From Tubulanus polymorphus (lineage: Eukaryota > Animalia > Nemertea): 64,000 bases of DNA. Location: contig NC_134031.1 in assembly GCF_964204645.1 (NCBI RefSeq), positions 10,230,001 to 10,294,000 on the forward strand. The letters are read 5' to 3'. Shown here piece after piece: positions 1-11,717 of the stretch. The notes beneath the pieces were generated by a model, which had not been told where the DNA came from, did not search any database, and was given only the letters and a program-made list of their open reading frames with translations. Within the stretch, counting starts at the first letter, position 1, and the number at the start of each line of letters is the position of its first letter. The position numbers and the translations under genes are program-made.

Positions 1-575
1 GTTCGTTTTGGCGCGCCAAAACGGAGAATATTCCGTTTTGGCGCCCCCGCCAAAACGAACTTTCATTTTGGCGCCCCCGCCAAAACGAACTTTCGTTTTG
101 GCGCCCCCGCCAAAACAACGAAAAACGTCGAAATTTCTCTAAAAGTTCGTTTTGGCGCGCCAAAACGGAGAATATTCCGTTTTGGCGCCCCCGCCAAAAC
201 GAACTTTCATTTTGGCGCCCCCGCCAAAACGAACTTTCGTTTTGGCGCCCCCGCCAAAACAACGAAAAACGTCGAAATTTCTCTAAAAGTTCGTTTTGGC
301 GCGCCAAAACAAAGAAAATTCCGTTTTGGCGCCCCCGCCAAAACGAACTTTCATTTTGGCGCCCCCGCCAAAACGAACTTTCGTTTTGGCGCCCCCGCCA
401 AAACAACGAAAAACGTCGAAATTTCTCTAAAAGTTCGTTTTGGCGCGCCAAAACGGAGAATATTCCGTTTTGGCGCCCCCGCCAAAACGAACTTTCATTT
501 TGGCGCCCCCGCCAAAACGAACTTTCGTTTTGGCGCCCCCGCCAAAACAACGAAAAGCGTCGAAATTTCTTTGAA
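1..575. repeat. Left terminal tandem array, 144-bp unit (about 4 units visible; runs off window start)
   Basis: GTTCGTTTTGGCGCGCCAAAAC recurs at 1, 145, 289 and 433. The unit is built from TTTTGGCG-CCCC-CGCCAAAA hairpins and is the reverse complement of the array at 7835-8722. Confidence 0.95.
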
Positions 576-1260
576 AATCCGATTCGTCTCCCTTCGATTT
601 TGTTACGAGTCGGATCTAGGTATACGTGATAATACATATCGTTGTCGATGGTGGTGGTGTATACATTAACGGACTAACGAACAGGTATGTAGCCTATTCA
701 GGGTTAAATGCAGGGGTTGCTTTGGGTCCTCGAGAACCCCTCCCACTTGGAAAACTACTTTTCAAAGTAGACATGTTAGGCCTACATCTTAAATGTATGA
801 GATGATCAAGTAGCGCCTAAAAACGCTTACAATTCATGACAATGGGACTAAGTTTTTAAGATTTCTCGGGATGACCAGCAGAGCACCACCGTACCCCCTC
901 GACCCCCACTCCTTAAAAAATGCTGGATCAGCCCCTGGTATCATTTAAATCCTATACATTGCCTCGCATTGCTTAGCTCACATAGGCCTATTCATAAACT
1001 TTGTTCTTTAATATGCCAATATATTTTAAAAATCGATTGATTTTCGGCCGCTGAAAACATATTAAAAAAACCGAAGTCGTTCTCTGGTATGCGCAGGCAA
1101 TATAACACGTACTGGTAGTATTCTAAGTTTTCGACGTGAGCCGTTTCTCTCGTACTGCCTAATCATTGTAAGCGCCGATTATTTTGCTCGGTCTGCATTA
1201 GTGAAAACTAATGAATTATAATCATTCAATGGCGTTAATTCGTAAATGTCTTCTTTACAG

Positions 1261-3863
1261 ATGGACAACATACTCCTAGAATTGGGATTAGGCCAATACA
1301 TTGCAAAGTTTCTCGAAAATAAGGTACCGTGTTTCAATACTTTATGTATACACAGACTTGCCCCGATTGGTAATGCTATAGGGCCATAACTTCTGAAAAT
1401 GTATCATATTTTAATTTCTCATCCAGATAGGTGTTAGTGACGTCACGACCATGACAGATAGTGATTTTGAAGCAGCAGGAGTTACAGCTATCGGGGATAG
1501 AGTCCGGCTAAGGAATAGGTGTAGGATAGTAAATTCTCAGCCTAAAGAAGATGAAAATGTGTCTAGTGCAGGTAATAATTTGAGTTTTAAGATAAATCAC
1601 GTGCTTAATTCCAACTTTCATGACCGTTGTCACTGACCGTTACGCTAATTCAATTCTGTCCATGAGATTGTGCTATCAGAGGGTTATACTTTTAGAGAGG
1701 TTATGAAGGCTTGTGCCTATTTCTCGTGATTAAGCTAAGCTGAGGTCGACTTACGACGACCATCTCGTCGTAAAAACAGCGGTAGTAAACACGTGACCGC
1801 CGATTGGCGATTCGTTTGTCACAGTCAGATCGACAACGATTCAATCATCGCCGAGTCCAAAGGTCATTTGACGCATAACTCATCGCTGAAATAGAACTTG
1901 TTCTATCCTTGCGATTCGACTTACGACGGGTCTGCGATCAATGGATCTTTTTACAAATTTGTAAATTGTTTACTTGAAATATATAACACTTTCCTTTATT
2001 ATTTCATTTTCAGGATCATCTAGTGTTTTGTGCAGGTTGAGAACGCAATTTCAAAAACGGAAGGCCGGCACCAAGAAATCAATGACGACAAAAAATGCAG
2101 AGAAAGATACACGACGAATAAAACTAGGTTGGAAACACGCCATCAAAAGCGGGACCTTTGTACTAGTTACTGCAAGCAAGGGTGGGGGGACACACACTTT
2201 GGACCTGAAAAAAGAAATGAACTTGTCGGCCTTAACCATGGAGTTCTTAAACCTATTTTTTCCAGACGGCAAATCGAATGCGATGAACCTAAAAATCAAT
2301 GATGTGAGCTATTACTTAGCAAATTTCAATGGTAATCGGTTATGTGATTATCTTGAGTGTGGTAATGTTTTTGGTCTAGAGGCCTACATCGCAGCACATA
2401 AAACAAACCCTATTAGGCTCTATCTTCACACAACTGTTTTAGTTGACGATAGTGATGATGAAACATCCTTGCCATCCATGTCATCCTTTCTTGCTAATAC
2501 CCACCAGCCACCGATTTCTGAGTCAACTTTACCTATGTTTTCGTTGATGCAACCGGCATTGTCGTTTACGCCAGCAGCCTCATCTACAATTTCGGCTAGT
2601 AGTGATATTCAACCTATCGTTTTAACTACGCATACCCAATCTGCCCATACACTTTCAACTCCATTTGCGGCCGGGATTCAGTCTGGTTATGTGCCTACCG
2701 GTGCTGTTGGCATACATACGGGTGCAAATGATACACATTCCCGTGATGGTATAGCAGATATCAACTTTAATGATTTCGAATTGATACAGCCTGATACGCC
2801 TACAATTCAATTCAGAGTACAGACGAGTGGCGAGTTATCACAAGAAGAGATTAATCGCATTGAACGGGAAGAATACAACCTTCTGGTTCGCAGAACAGCC
2901 ATGGTCGAAGATATGATAAACGCTTTTTGTGATGCATCGGTGATGGGGAAAATAATAAATGCTCGAATGATACTCCCTAATGGAAATGTTGAAGCCGGAG
3001 AAGGACACGGTGTCTTTCGAGAGTGTCTTACTGAATTTTGGTCAGAATTTAGAAAGCAATGTATGACGGGTAGTAGTCAGATGATCCCTCTCATACGCCA
3101 TGATTATGGCACAGAGAAATGGGAGGCTGTAGGACGCATCATCAGTAAAGGATTTCAGGAAACATCATATTTCCCAATATTCCTCGCGCAGCCATTTGTT
3201 TCCGAATTGTTCTTCCAGCAGGATGATAGCGTAGACTTGGTCGAATCATTCCTGAAATATGTTTCTCCGTCTGAGGAGCTGGTATTTCGACGCGCATTGG
3301 CTAATTTCGATGATGAAGCAAATGACGTCGAAGAGATAATAGACATACTGGGGGGATATGAATGTCGGAAACTTCCTACGAAGGAGAACTTCTCCATGTT
3401 GATTCGGGAAATTAGTCACCAGGAATTGGTGCAAAAGCCGAGATTTATAGTTGATTGTATAAAACCTATGATACAGAAATATGTAACAATATCATATAAA
3501 CAGTACCTCGATCTTTGTACGGATCTTAAACCCTCCTGTCGCAAAGTGGTAGAATTACTTTCTTTTCCAAACGTTTTGTCAGCTCCTCAGTCAAATGTTG
3601 CTACGTTACTGAAGAGATATGTCAGATCATTGGATGAAAGCATGTTGTCTAAGTTCCTCCGCTATTGTACTGGTTCTGACATCTGTAACTGCCAAAAGAT
3701 TGACGTGACCTTTACTAAGGTAGACGGTCTCCAACGAGCTCCAGTTGCTCGAACATGTGCCCAGATATTGGAGTTACCAGAAACATATGACGAATACGTC
3801 GAACTGAAACAAGAATTCGATAATATTCTCCAGAGCAATGTTTGGGTTATGGACGTCGTATAA
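1261..3863 (+). CDS. SAM-domain + HECT E3 ubiquitin ligase, about 685 aa, 3 coding exons (1261-1323, 1427-1571, 2014-3863)
   Basis: GT-AG introns join in frame. Exons 1-2 give MDNILLELGLGQYIAKFLENKIGVSDVTTMTDSDFEAAGVTAIGDRVRLR (SAM pattern). The C-terminus has HECT motifs EAGEGHGVFRE, FLRYCTGS and PVARTCAQILELP, with the catalytic Cys retained. Confidence 0.88.
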
Positions 3864-4572
3864 AATTATTCTAGAAACGAAATGACGTAATCCACGTAAG
3901 TTTCATATTTTCAAAGTTGGATCAAAACGTGTTTAAGTTCTTTTGTTTAGGCCAAAAGTGGTGTGTTTATTTTTAATATTGCCAGCCCTGATGTCGTTTC
4001 TTTTATCATAGAATTACTTAGTGACGATCTTTTTGATGATAGAAGTAATTATTCATGCAGTGCATTTTGACCAGGTTCTACAGTTCTCGGTTAAGTTTGA
4101 CTCTAGAGTTAAAGCATTGGAAATATTGAAAAAAACCGACTTGACTCTCGAGTCAAACCTTACCGAGAGCTGTTAAACTTGCTCCTTATATTTGTCGTTT
4201 CAAATTAGGGAATCAATCATGACCAAATACGTTTTTTGTTTGTATTGAAAACAGGGCGATTTGGGGGTGCCACTTCTCTGCTGTCAAGTTATGTTTTGTC
4301 TCGAAATTGTAAGACAATCATCTTTAAGTACATATTGATATATTGTATCAACACGGTATTAAAACGTAGATAATGTTTTAAGGCTTTTAAGAGAAACTTT
4401 GATACTTCGATTAAAATATTCAAATATCTTCACTTCATTGCGTTTTCGTTCTTTCATGGTGTCTCACTTTCACTCGAGCTGCAAATGATATCGTAGTACG
4501 AAAGTGTCATTGGCACGTATTCGAACACGATTAAATTATATACTGTCAAAATTGCACATTCATATAGAGATA

Positions 4573-4746
4573 CAGTGGAACTCGTTATAACTAACTGGGA
4601 TACAACGATTCATCGGACATAACAAATACAAGATTGTGTCCCACATTAGACAATTTGATTAATTTCACACTGGATATGACGAAATATCTGTTAAAATGAA
4701 CAATATTTTCTGGTCCCCAGAGGTTCGTTGTAACGAGGTTCCAATG
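4573..4746. mobile_element. Tc1/pogo-type MITE
   Basis: TA-CAGTGGAACTCGTTATAAC ... GTTGTAACGAGGTTCCAATG-TA: imperfect TIRs and a TA duplication. Confidence 0.75.
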
Positions 4747-4750
4747 TATG

Positions 4751-5037
4751 CATCTTCACCTGTCGTGGGAATCGAATTCACTAAGCTAAAGCCGTGTTCC
4801 CCGAACCCCTTGACCTCGCGAGTCGTTGGAGTCGTTACTAGCCGACCAGAATCCGGTCGTACCAATCACAGCGCTTTAAGCAAACGATATTATAGGCTTC
4901 TGTTGATTTTCCCGTTAAATGGACCAATCAACGTACAAGGAGGTATTTCAACCAGTAATGAAATCACGCGTCGTGAGGCCAGGGGGTGGTGGAAACGAGT
5001 TCGGGGTGCGATACCAGACCCCTGGCATGCGAGGATG
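4751..5037. mobile_element. Non-autonomous DNA element, 9-bp TSD family (inverted copy at 42137-42462)
   Basis: Extensive similarity to the reverse complement of 42137-42462; CA...TG termini. The TSD agagatatg/aaagatatg is recovered after removing the MITE at 4573-4746. Confidence 0.75.
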
Positions 5038-5468
5038 AAAGATATGTGACTTGTCCATAAGACCACTTTTTAAACAACCGCTTCATAGAACTTTCTCAAA
5101 ATAAATTTAATCAAAAATACATCTTTTTGAACCATACGCAAATTTATTCTGAAGCGTTTTGAGAATAGCGGATACTGGAGTACGCTTTCGCAGATAATTC
5201 TCCATGTAAATTGATGGCACGCGTATTCTATTTCTGAGACACCTACTTAAGATGGGGTTGGATAGCGAATTAAAACATGGGTAGTGTTAGTATGATGTAT
5301 TACTAAGCCCAAACAGTCGCATGAATCCATGAAAAATTACAATCATATTCTTTTCAACGCGTAACGTGTATCATAGATATATTTGAATCTTCGAAATACA
5401 TCATGAACAGACAACACATAAACCGTGCAGGACAGATACGTATAAAAATGATTCTAACATGTATGCTC

Positions 5469-7667
5469 TCAGAATTGAGTTAATAGCCAGTCATACAAAG
5501 CAGCGGCTTCTGGGGTTGATGTCGGTCTTGATTGTTGTCCCTGCCTCGTTATAAGATCACACATCGCTGAAAAGTCCGGATCACAGCCTCTCGATTCATT
5601 CGGCTTACTACAAAATTCCTCTCGAATTTGCGGAAGTAGTCCAGCGTCCACTGGAAATTTGTAGTCTATCGTGCCTGAAAATATTATTTCGTATTATCAA
5701 GAAGTGATAAAAACATCGTAAACTTAGAAACCTATGCTCATTTTTATACAGCGTATTTCGTACCGTAATATTCCGGCGAGAAGTATAATAGATCAGGTTT
5801 TCCGGGTGGAACATCCACATTTCGTTGAGGCCTGATGGCATGTGTATTCCACTCCTGCACGAAATCCTGAAGATCGGCATTTATCAAATCAAAAAAACAG
5901 TATCTTAAGGTTTGACTGAAAAATATTGGAGAAAGGGAAATTACTACGTGGATCACAAAAAATCGCCACGCGCTTTAAAGGCGGGTATTTAACCTACATG
6001 TGCACAACGTCCGCGGTAGATAGACTTCCATTTTCCTCCATATCTTTAAATACGTTCATCCAAAACTGAACAACTTCGTTTCGAAGACTTCGCCACCATC
6101 GTTCAATGCGCTTAAAACAAAGAAAAATAAAATAATTGGTGAGTTTTGAAGTATCTTAAGTTGGTTCTAGCGCAGAAATGGGGATTGTCCAAATCTACCC
6201 ATATTAATGACACCACGAACCTGATTACTCGTAGATCTACCCACAAGAACGCACGTTTCGTCGTCATATTCTGCTCTAAAGGCCTTCTGAATCGCTGCAA
6301 TTCTGCCATTTTCGGTTCCAGCGTCCATACGGATGCAGCGAGGAACTGCTGAATGATGATATAAAGATGACGGTCAGAGTATTATCTTAATCGACGATTG
6401 ATAACAGATAATTTTTCCCAGGCATAATTTCGGCACATTGTGTATTTATATATGACAATTCTATCTACCTTCAATGTCCTGAACGAAATCTAAAAAGTAC
6501 CACGCAACCACCTCTGGGTCATTATTAGTATTTCCAACTCTTAACCAAAGGATTCGTCGGGAAAATCTTTTAAATATAGACTGTGTTTATGAACATGTTC
6601 GACAAACCAAATTCTGAACTTATAGCAACTGCTGTTGATAGGTGGAAATAATATCTTTTAGGATATATCAATTATATATTATGTTTACCCATCTATACAC
6701 CCATGAATCGGGAAACCAAAAGGCTTGAGCTTGTCATAACCATCGAGATGGACAAGATAATTGGGACCCTTGTTAAAGTAACGTCGTCGTCTTAAAACTC
6801 CATGGGTCCTATTCTGTACTCCTTCGAAGTCTAAATTCTGAAGGATATTGGAAACTAGAGACCTAGAAGTAAACAATCATATAACACATGAGTGAAGTGA
6901 TCCAGATCTCATCTTAAAGGTCTTACATCAATCAAATACACATTTATACATATGCTGGCCGATTCGAAAGTTCTTTTTGTCAGGAGTAACAAAACTGACA
7001 ATTCTTCAATTTGGCCAAAAAATATTTTTCGAGAAATTAAGTTTTTTTAGTTATGGCGTTTTGGTACTTTAGCGCCCTCATTTATCATGTCAGGAATTAA
7101 CCGTGTAGGTAGCCACCCGATCATACATCTTACCTAGGGGCTCTTATTCCGTAGCGTTGACGGAGACGTTGTGACATAGCACGATATCCCATGCAACATC
7201 CGCTGCCAGCAAGCTCAACCTGTAATAATGCAGAGAACATAATCTTAAACCCAAAAGACATTTTCAATTTCTATCAGATATAAGCATCACTTCAAAAATT
7301 CGGATTACTTTCCTCGACTGCAGCGGTTACGTCATTGAGAACGTAATTGTTGTTTCTTTTCAAACCTAACCTATTCAATTGTCGTTTGAGGTGGCGTTCA
7401 CTGAAAGTTTAAAATAAACAAGACGGTTTGTGAACTAAACTACTATATCACATCATTATAAGGAGTAATATTGAATAAAAATGGCGGTGCCCATACGTAG
7501 CTGCAGACAATTAAAATCTATTCTTAGACCATCTTGATGTAGGCCATGGAATTTATATATACGTACCTAATAGTTATTCCGAAGTTAGATAACATGGCAA
7601 TCCTCATTTCTGCATTTGTGTACCCATCTGCAAAAAGCTTCCTAACAGTATCATCAACTAGAGGAAT
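5469..7667 (-). CDS. Spliced DDE transposase (IS3EU-type integrase core), 9 exons; start exon not found
   Basis: Approximate exons: 7667-7567, 7400-7313, 7219-7134, 6862-6689, 6566-6469, 6348-6221, 6110-5998, 5916-5764, 5674-5469. They join to give an HTH-like N-terminus, RRRRYFNKGPNYLVHLDGYDKLKPFGFPIHGCIDGFSRRILWL, IRMDAGTEN, STSNQRIERWWR and QEWNTHAIR. The D-D-E triad is present; one donor (7312) reads GA. Confidence 0.85.
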
Positions 7668-7834
7668 CTGTTAAGATCATCAACAAGATCAACAGCAAAA
7701 TCGACCGTTGAGCAACTTGGTCTTTATTACGTAAAAGGATACAAGTCCGAACGGTGTCCATTATAATTAAGCGGTCGTGCACGAGTACGTATGCGTATGT
7801 ACATAATTTGTATGTCAGCATCTGGAGTAGACAC

Positions 7835-8722
7835 GTTTCCGGGGCGCCAAAACGAAAGTTCGTTTTGGCGGGGGCGCCAAAATGAAAGTTCGTTTTGGCG
7901 GGGGCGCCAAAACGGAATTTTCTTTGTTTTGGCGCGCCAAAACGAACTTTTAGAGAAATTTCGACGTTTTTCGTTGTTTTGGCGGGGGCGCCAAAACGAA
8001 AGTTCGTTTTGGCGGGGGCGCCAAAATGAAAGTTCGTTTTGGCGGGGGCGCCAAAACGGAATTTTCTTTGTTTTGGCGCGCCGAAACGAACTTTTAGAGA
8101 AATTTCGACGTTTTTCGTTGTTTTGGCGGGGGCGCCAAAACGAAAGTTCGTTTTGGCGGGGGCGCCAAAATGAAAGTTCGTTTTGGCGGGGGCGCCAAAA
8201 CGGAATTTTCTTTGTTTTGGCGCGCCAAAACGAACTTTTAGAGAAATTTCGACGTTTTTCGTTGTTTTGGCGGGGGCGCCAAAACGAAAGTTCGTTTTGG
8301 CGGGGGCGCCAAAATGAAAGTTCGTTTTGGCGGGGGCGCCAAAACGGAATATTCTCCGTTTTGGCGCGCCAAAACGAACTTTTAGAGAAATTTCGACGTT
8401 TTTCGTTGTTTTGGCGGGGGCGCCAAAACGAAAGTTCGTTTTGGCGGGGGCGCCAAAATGAAAGTTCGTTTTGGCGGGGGCGCCAAAACGGAATTTTCTT
8501 TGTTTTGGCGCGCCAAAACGAACTTTTAGAGAAATTTCGACGTTTTTCGTTGTTTTGGCGGGGGCGCCAAAACGAAAGTTCGTTTTGGCGGGGGCGCCAA
8601 AATGAAAGTTCGTTTTGGCGGGGGCGCCAACACGGAATTTTCTTTGTTTTGGCGCGCCAAAACGAACTTTCAGAGAAAATTGGACGTTTTTTTTCGTTTT
8701 GGCGTTCTGGCGTTCTGGCGCC
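7835..8722. repeat. Right terminal tandem array, about 6 x 144 bp, inverted relative to 1-575
   Basis: Same unit as the left array in reverse complement; both unit variants (GGAGAATATTCC and AAAGAAAATTCC) occur in both arms. Confidence 0.95.
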
Positions 8723-9169
8723 CTCATTTACATACCAGGAATTTTACGCTATGGCCCTTATCAGCCACCATAGAAACTGGATTTCTGGTGGTTTAAAGCT
8801 TCAGTGATCTAAAAGTATCGAGAAAATGTTGTTCGCATCTCAGTGTCTGTGGTACATCAGACACTAAGATTCTTGGTGAAACTACGGTACACACAGTTGA
8901 CAAACAGTGTTAGGCCTGTGCCGGTTGGTGCGTACTGGGAATAAATATACTGGTTGGTCAGTCGGTTCGGTTGTGAAGTGTGGAAGCTAAGAAGCCTACC
9001 GCAGTACCGGTATTTATTTGTGTCTATAGGCCTATTATATAGTAACCAATACCAGTAAGTACGTAGTTGTTACTCGTACGTCACTGTACGGTGATCTCCA
9101 CAGGTTAACCGTACGTGAGTTCCCTACTAACGCCGTACATGAGTTCCTAGTAGCCAATACCATTTTTTA

Positions 9170-9495
9170 AGTACGAAGTTGTTACCCGTACGTGCCAGTG
9201 ACTGTACGGTGATATCCACAGGTTAACCGTACGTAAGTTCCTATAATCTGCAAACGTGCATGCGTGAAAGAATAGAGTTTGGGTTAGGTGAGGCTAGGCT
9301 ATTTGTAAATCAAATTCATCCACCCTGCAGTTACGTTCTGTAGCACAGTGGGTAAATCACTGGACTACAACTGGATTTTTTTTTCTCGTTTGGTTTCGAA
9401 TCCCAATATTGCAAGTCTGAGCGTCAACATACTCACATATGGCTAACCTGTAGAAATCACCGTACAGTCACGTACAGGTAACAACAGCGTTTTAA
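9170..9495. mobile_element. Inverted-repeat (MITE-like) element enclosing a tRNA-like A/B-box core
   Basis: 9178-9240 is the imperfect reverse complement of 9431-9487, with a further direct copy at about 9065-9120. The core contains TAGCACAGTGG and GTTTCGAATCCC. Confidence 0.45.
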
Positions 9496-9690
9496 GTACC
9501 GGGTATTAAGTGAGTACGACAAGCCTACCATGCCTATGTACTACAAACACAACTTTTTCCCTCTCGTCGGCCCTACAGTGATGTTACTATAACTGGTGCA
9601 ATTATAACATGGATAGGATTTGGCCAGGACTAGCCTAAAGCCTAATTCAGTCTATGTACTAATTCACTCGATAGGCCTATTTTTAAAACA

Positions 9691-9844
9691 GGGATCATTC
9701 ATTTATTACGTACGCATAAAATTTGATTATTTCAACCCCCTCTCCCTCTGTACGCAAAATCTGCCATTTTTTCATGTACATTAAGCATTACAGTACGTAA
9801 TTGCCCTGACCCCTCCCCCTCGTACGTAATCAATGAATGATCCC
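9691..9844. mobile_element. MITE with 24-bp TIRs (GGG termini, Harbinger/ISL2EU-like)
   Basis: GGGATCATTCATTTATTACGTACG ... CGTACGTAATCAATGAATGATCCC. Confidence 0.7.
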
Positions 9845-11255
9845 ACAATACAGTGAAGTATTCACACGCAGAAAGGCTAATTGATTTGAGCCATGTGATT
9901 AAATTTGGCCAGGCCTTCTCTGACCTGCTGACATTAATAGTCAAACCAAGACGTTCATGTGGTCACGGCTTGTATACCAGAAATCATTGTAGGCCTGTAC
10001 ATTTTGAGGCCTGTACATTTTGCTGTTCGTAGGTTTGGTATACCGTATACCGATTTCTCCATTCTTGACTGATAAGTGTACAGTATAGCGTACGCATTAT
10101 ACAATTGTTCCAATGGGAATAGGGTCTATTGATTGGGCTTATTATTTCCTGCTTTAGAATACTGAAATAAGCCCAACGTTCATTCAAGTATCCAACATCG
10201 GTGAAAGTTTGATTACTGTATACATGTACTGTAGGTTTTCATGTATGAATATTTTGCAGTTCAAATGGGTATGATGCTGATTCCAATGTCAAACGCATGA
10301 AGTTAGATGGTCAAGGACCGTCAAAACCAAGTTATCTCTCTTCGACCGATGTTGCACCATAGAAGATCTGATTCTTTCAACTCAAGGAAAGTGATTCAAC
10401 ACGATCGACATAACACTGGAATAGGTTTGCAGTAACTAACGGTTCATTTCATTTAGTCTTATGTACTTTTTAGCCAATTTGGATTTGATTGTAATTGAAA
10501 CTCTGGAACTGTTAACAAAAGACAAGTTGAAAAAACACAAGTTATGCTTGATTCTCCGGTTCAAATTTAATTCAAATTCAAATTTATTTTATTACATCAT
10601 ATTTACAAAGCATATCATTGGTTCATACAGTAATAAAAATTAGGACAGAACAAATATTATTACAGAATTTCCAAAATGGCAATGAATTTCTATAACTAAA
10701 TGAACATTATTTTTCTAATAACTCAGATCAAGAGTGACTCTCCCGTTTATTAGGAAACACACGCAACTAGTGGAATAGGTTTGATTTACACACATGTTGC
10801 AGGTATCAATTGTTTATCACTATAGAATTTGTAATCCATAAAAGCCAAAATCAACATCAGCCGGAAACCCAAACCAGATCAATTCATAATTTATTGATTG
10901 AATCTACACTACAATGTATGTATTTATTCATATATTGCAATAAAAACATTAACTTCTTAAATCTATTCTAAATCATAATACGTTCTTATCTGTAAATTCA
11001 CTCAATCTATCGACTAGCAGGTGCTTAAGATGAGTTCTTAATATGACAGATCCATTTTTAAGCATGGTGATAATACAGTATCATGATGTTTGAATGCCAA
11101 AATAAATGCCTGGTCAAATGAATTAATATTTGTTGATTGTACGTCCGCGTATGTTCGGTTTCAAAGCTGAATCATATTTGACGTTTACACAGTGGTAGCA
11201 TATTAGGTTCGAATCTGTCAATGCATTTTATTCTACGTATCGATATTTCAATTTA

Positions 11256-11717
11256 CTACAATCCCCATCTTTCTGAATGGCTTTGCAGAAAACCCGTCAT
11301 CGCTGCTTGGCAGCTATATTTTTGATTTAAAACCCATGTTGTTATCCCAAAATGTCTCCCAGAGAAAGCTAAATAACATAACTCACTTTCTCTCACTTTT
11401 GAAACATGTAAATTTGCACAATCATCTATAATGAATAAGGTATTTGATTCTTTATAAGTATCAATTGCTATTTTAATACAATTATCTAAATTTTCTTTTA
11501 CTGTTTTAGGATCTAATATAATAAACTTTTTCATCTTAACTATATCTCTATTATATGTTTCATTCATTTCATAAGTAGGACAAAATAATATTATATTATC
11601 AAAATGATTCTTATAAATAGTTTCTAACAAGTCTAATATGAAATGTGTTTTACCACAGTTGGTTGCCCCAGTTATTAACATATTATGTGGTTCAAATATA
11701 AAAAGATCTTTATTCAT
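11256..11717 (-). pseudogene. A32/FtsK-like packaging ATPase of Polinton A, 3'-truncated at about 11315
   Basis: Walker A GATNCGKT, Walker B FIIDDC and SGRHFGI. Homology to 45210-45785 stops after NQKY. Confidence 0.9.

Larger units (their letters stand above)
1..8734 (-). mobile_element. IS3EU-like (IS3/IS481-related DDE) DNA transposon with array-type long inverted termini and E3 ligase cargo; left end outside window
   Basis: Inverted 144-bp arrays enclose a spliced DDE integrase gene and a SAM-HECT gene. The right end is tentatively ...CCCTCATTTACATA (8734); the TSD cannot be checked. Confidence 0.75.

Noticed and set aside
1974-2013. ORF-track start of the 629-aa HECT ORF
   Set aside because: It lies in a polypyrimidine tract and acceptor; the gene splices in at 2014.
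4665-5049. Similar ORFs at 4696-5049 and 42071-42405
   Set aside because: The similarity comes from two copies of a non-coding MITE; the frames are not conserved.
1-8722. CRISPR-like appearance of the palindromic repeats
   Set aside because: The linkers repeat with the 144-bp period, so there are no unique spacers; no cas genes; spliceosomal introns nearby.
7654-8807. Long ORFs of 357 aa (-) and 338 aa (+)
   Set aside because: By-products of a stop-free 144-bp repeat (a multiple of 3); the same array at 1-575 has no gene context.
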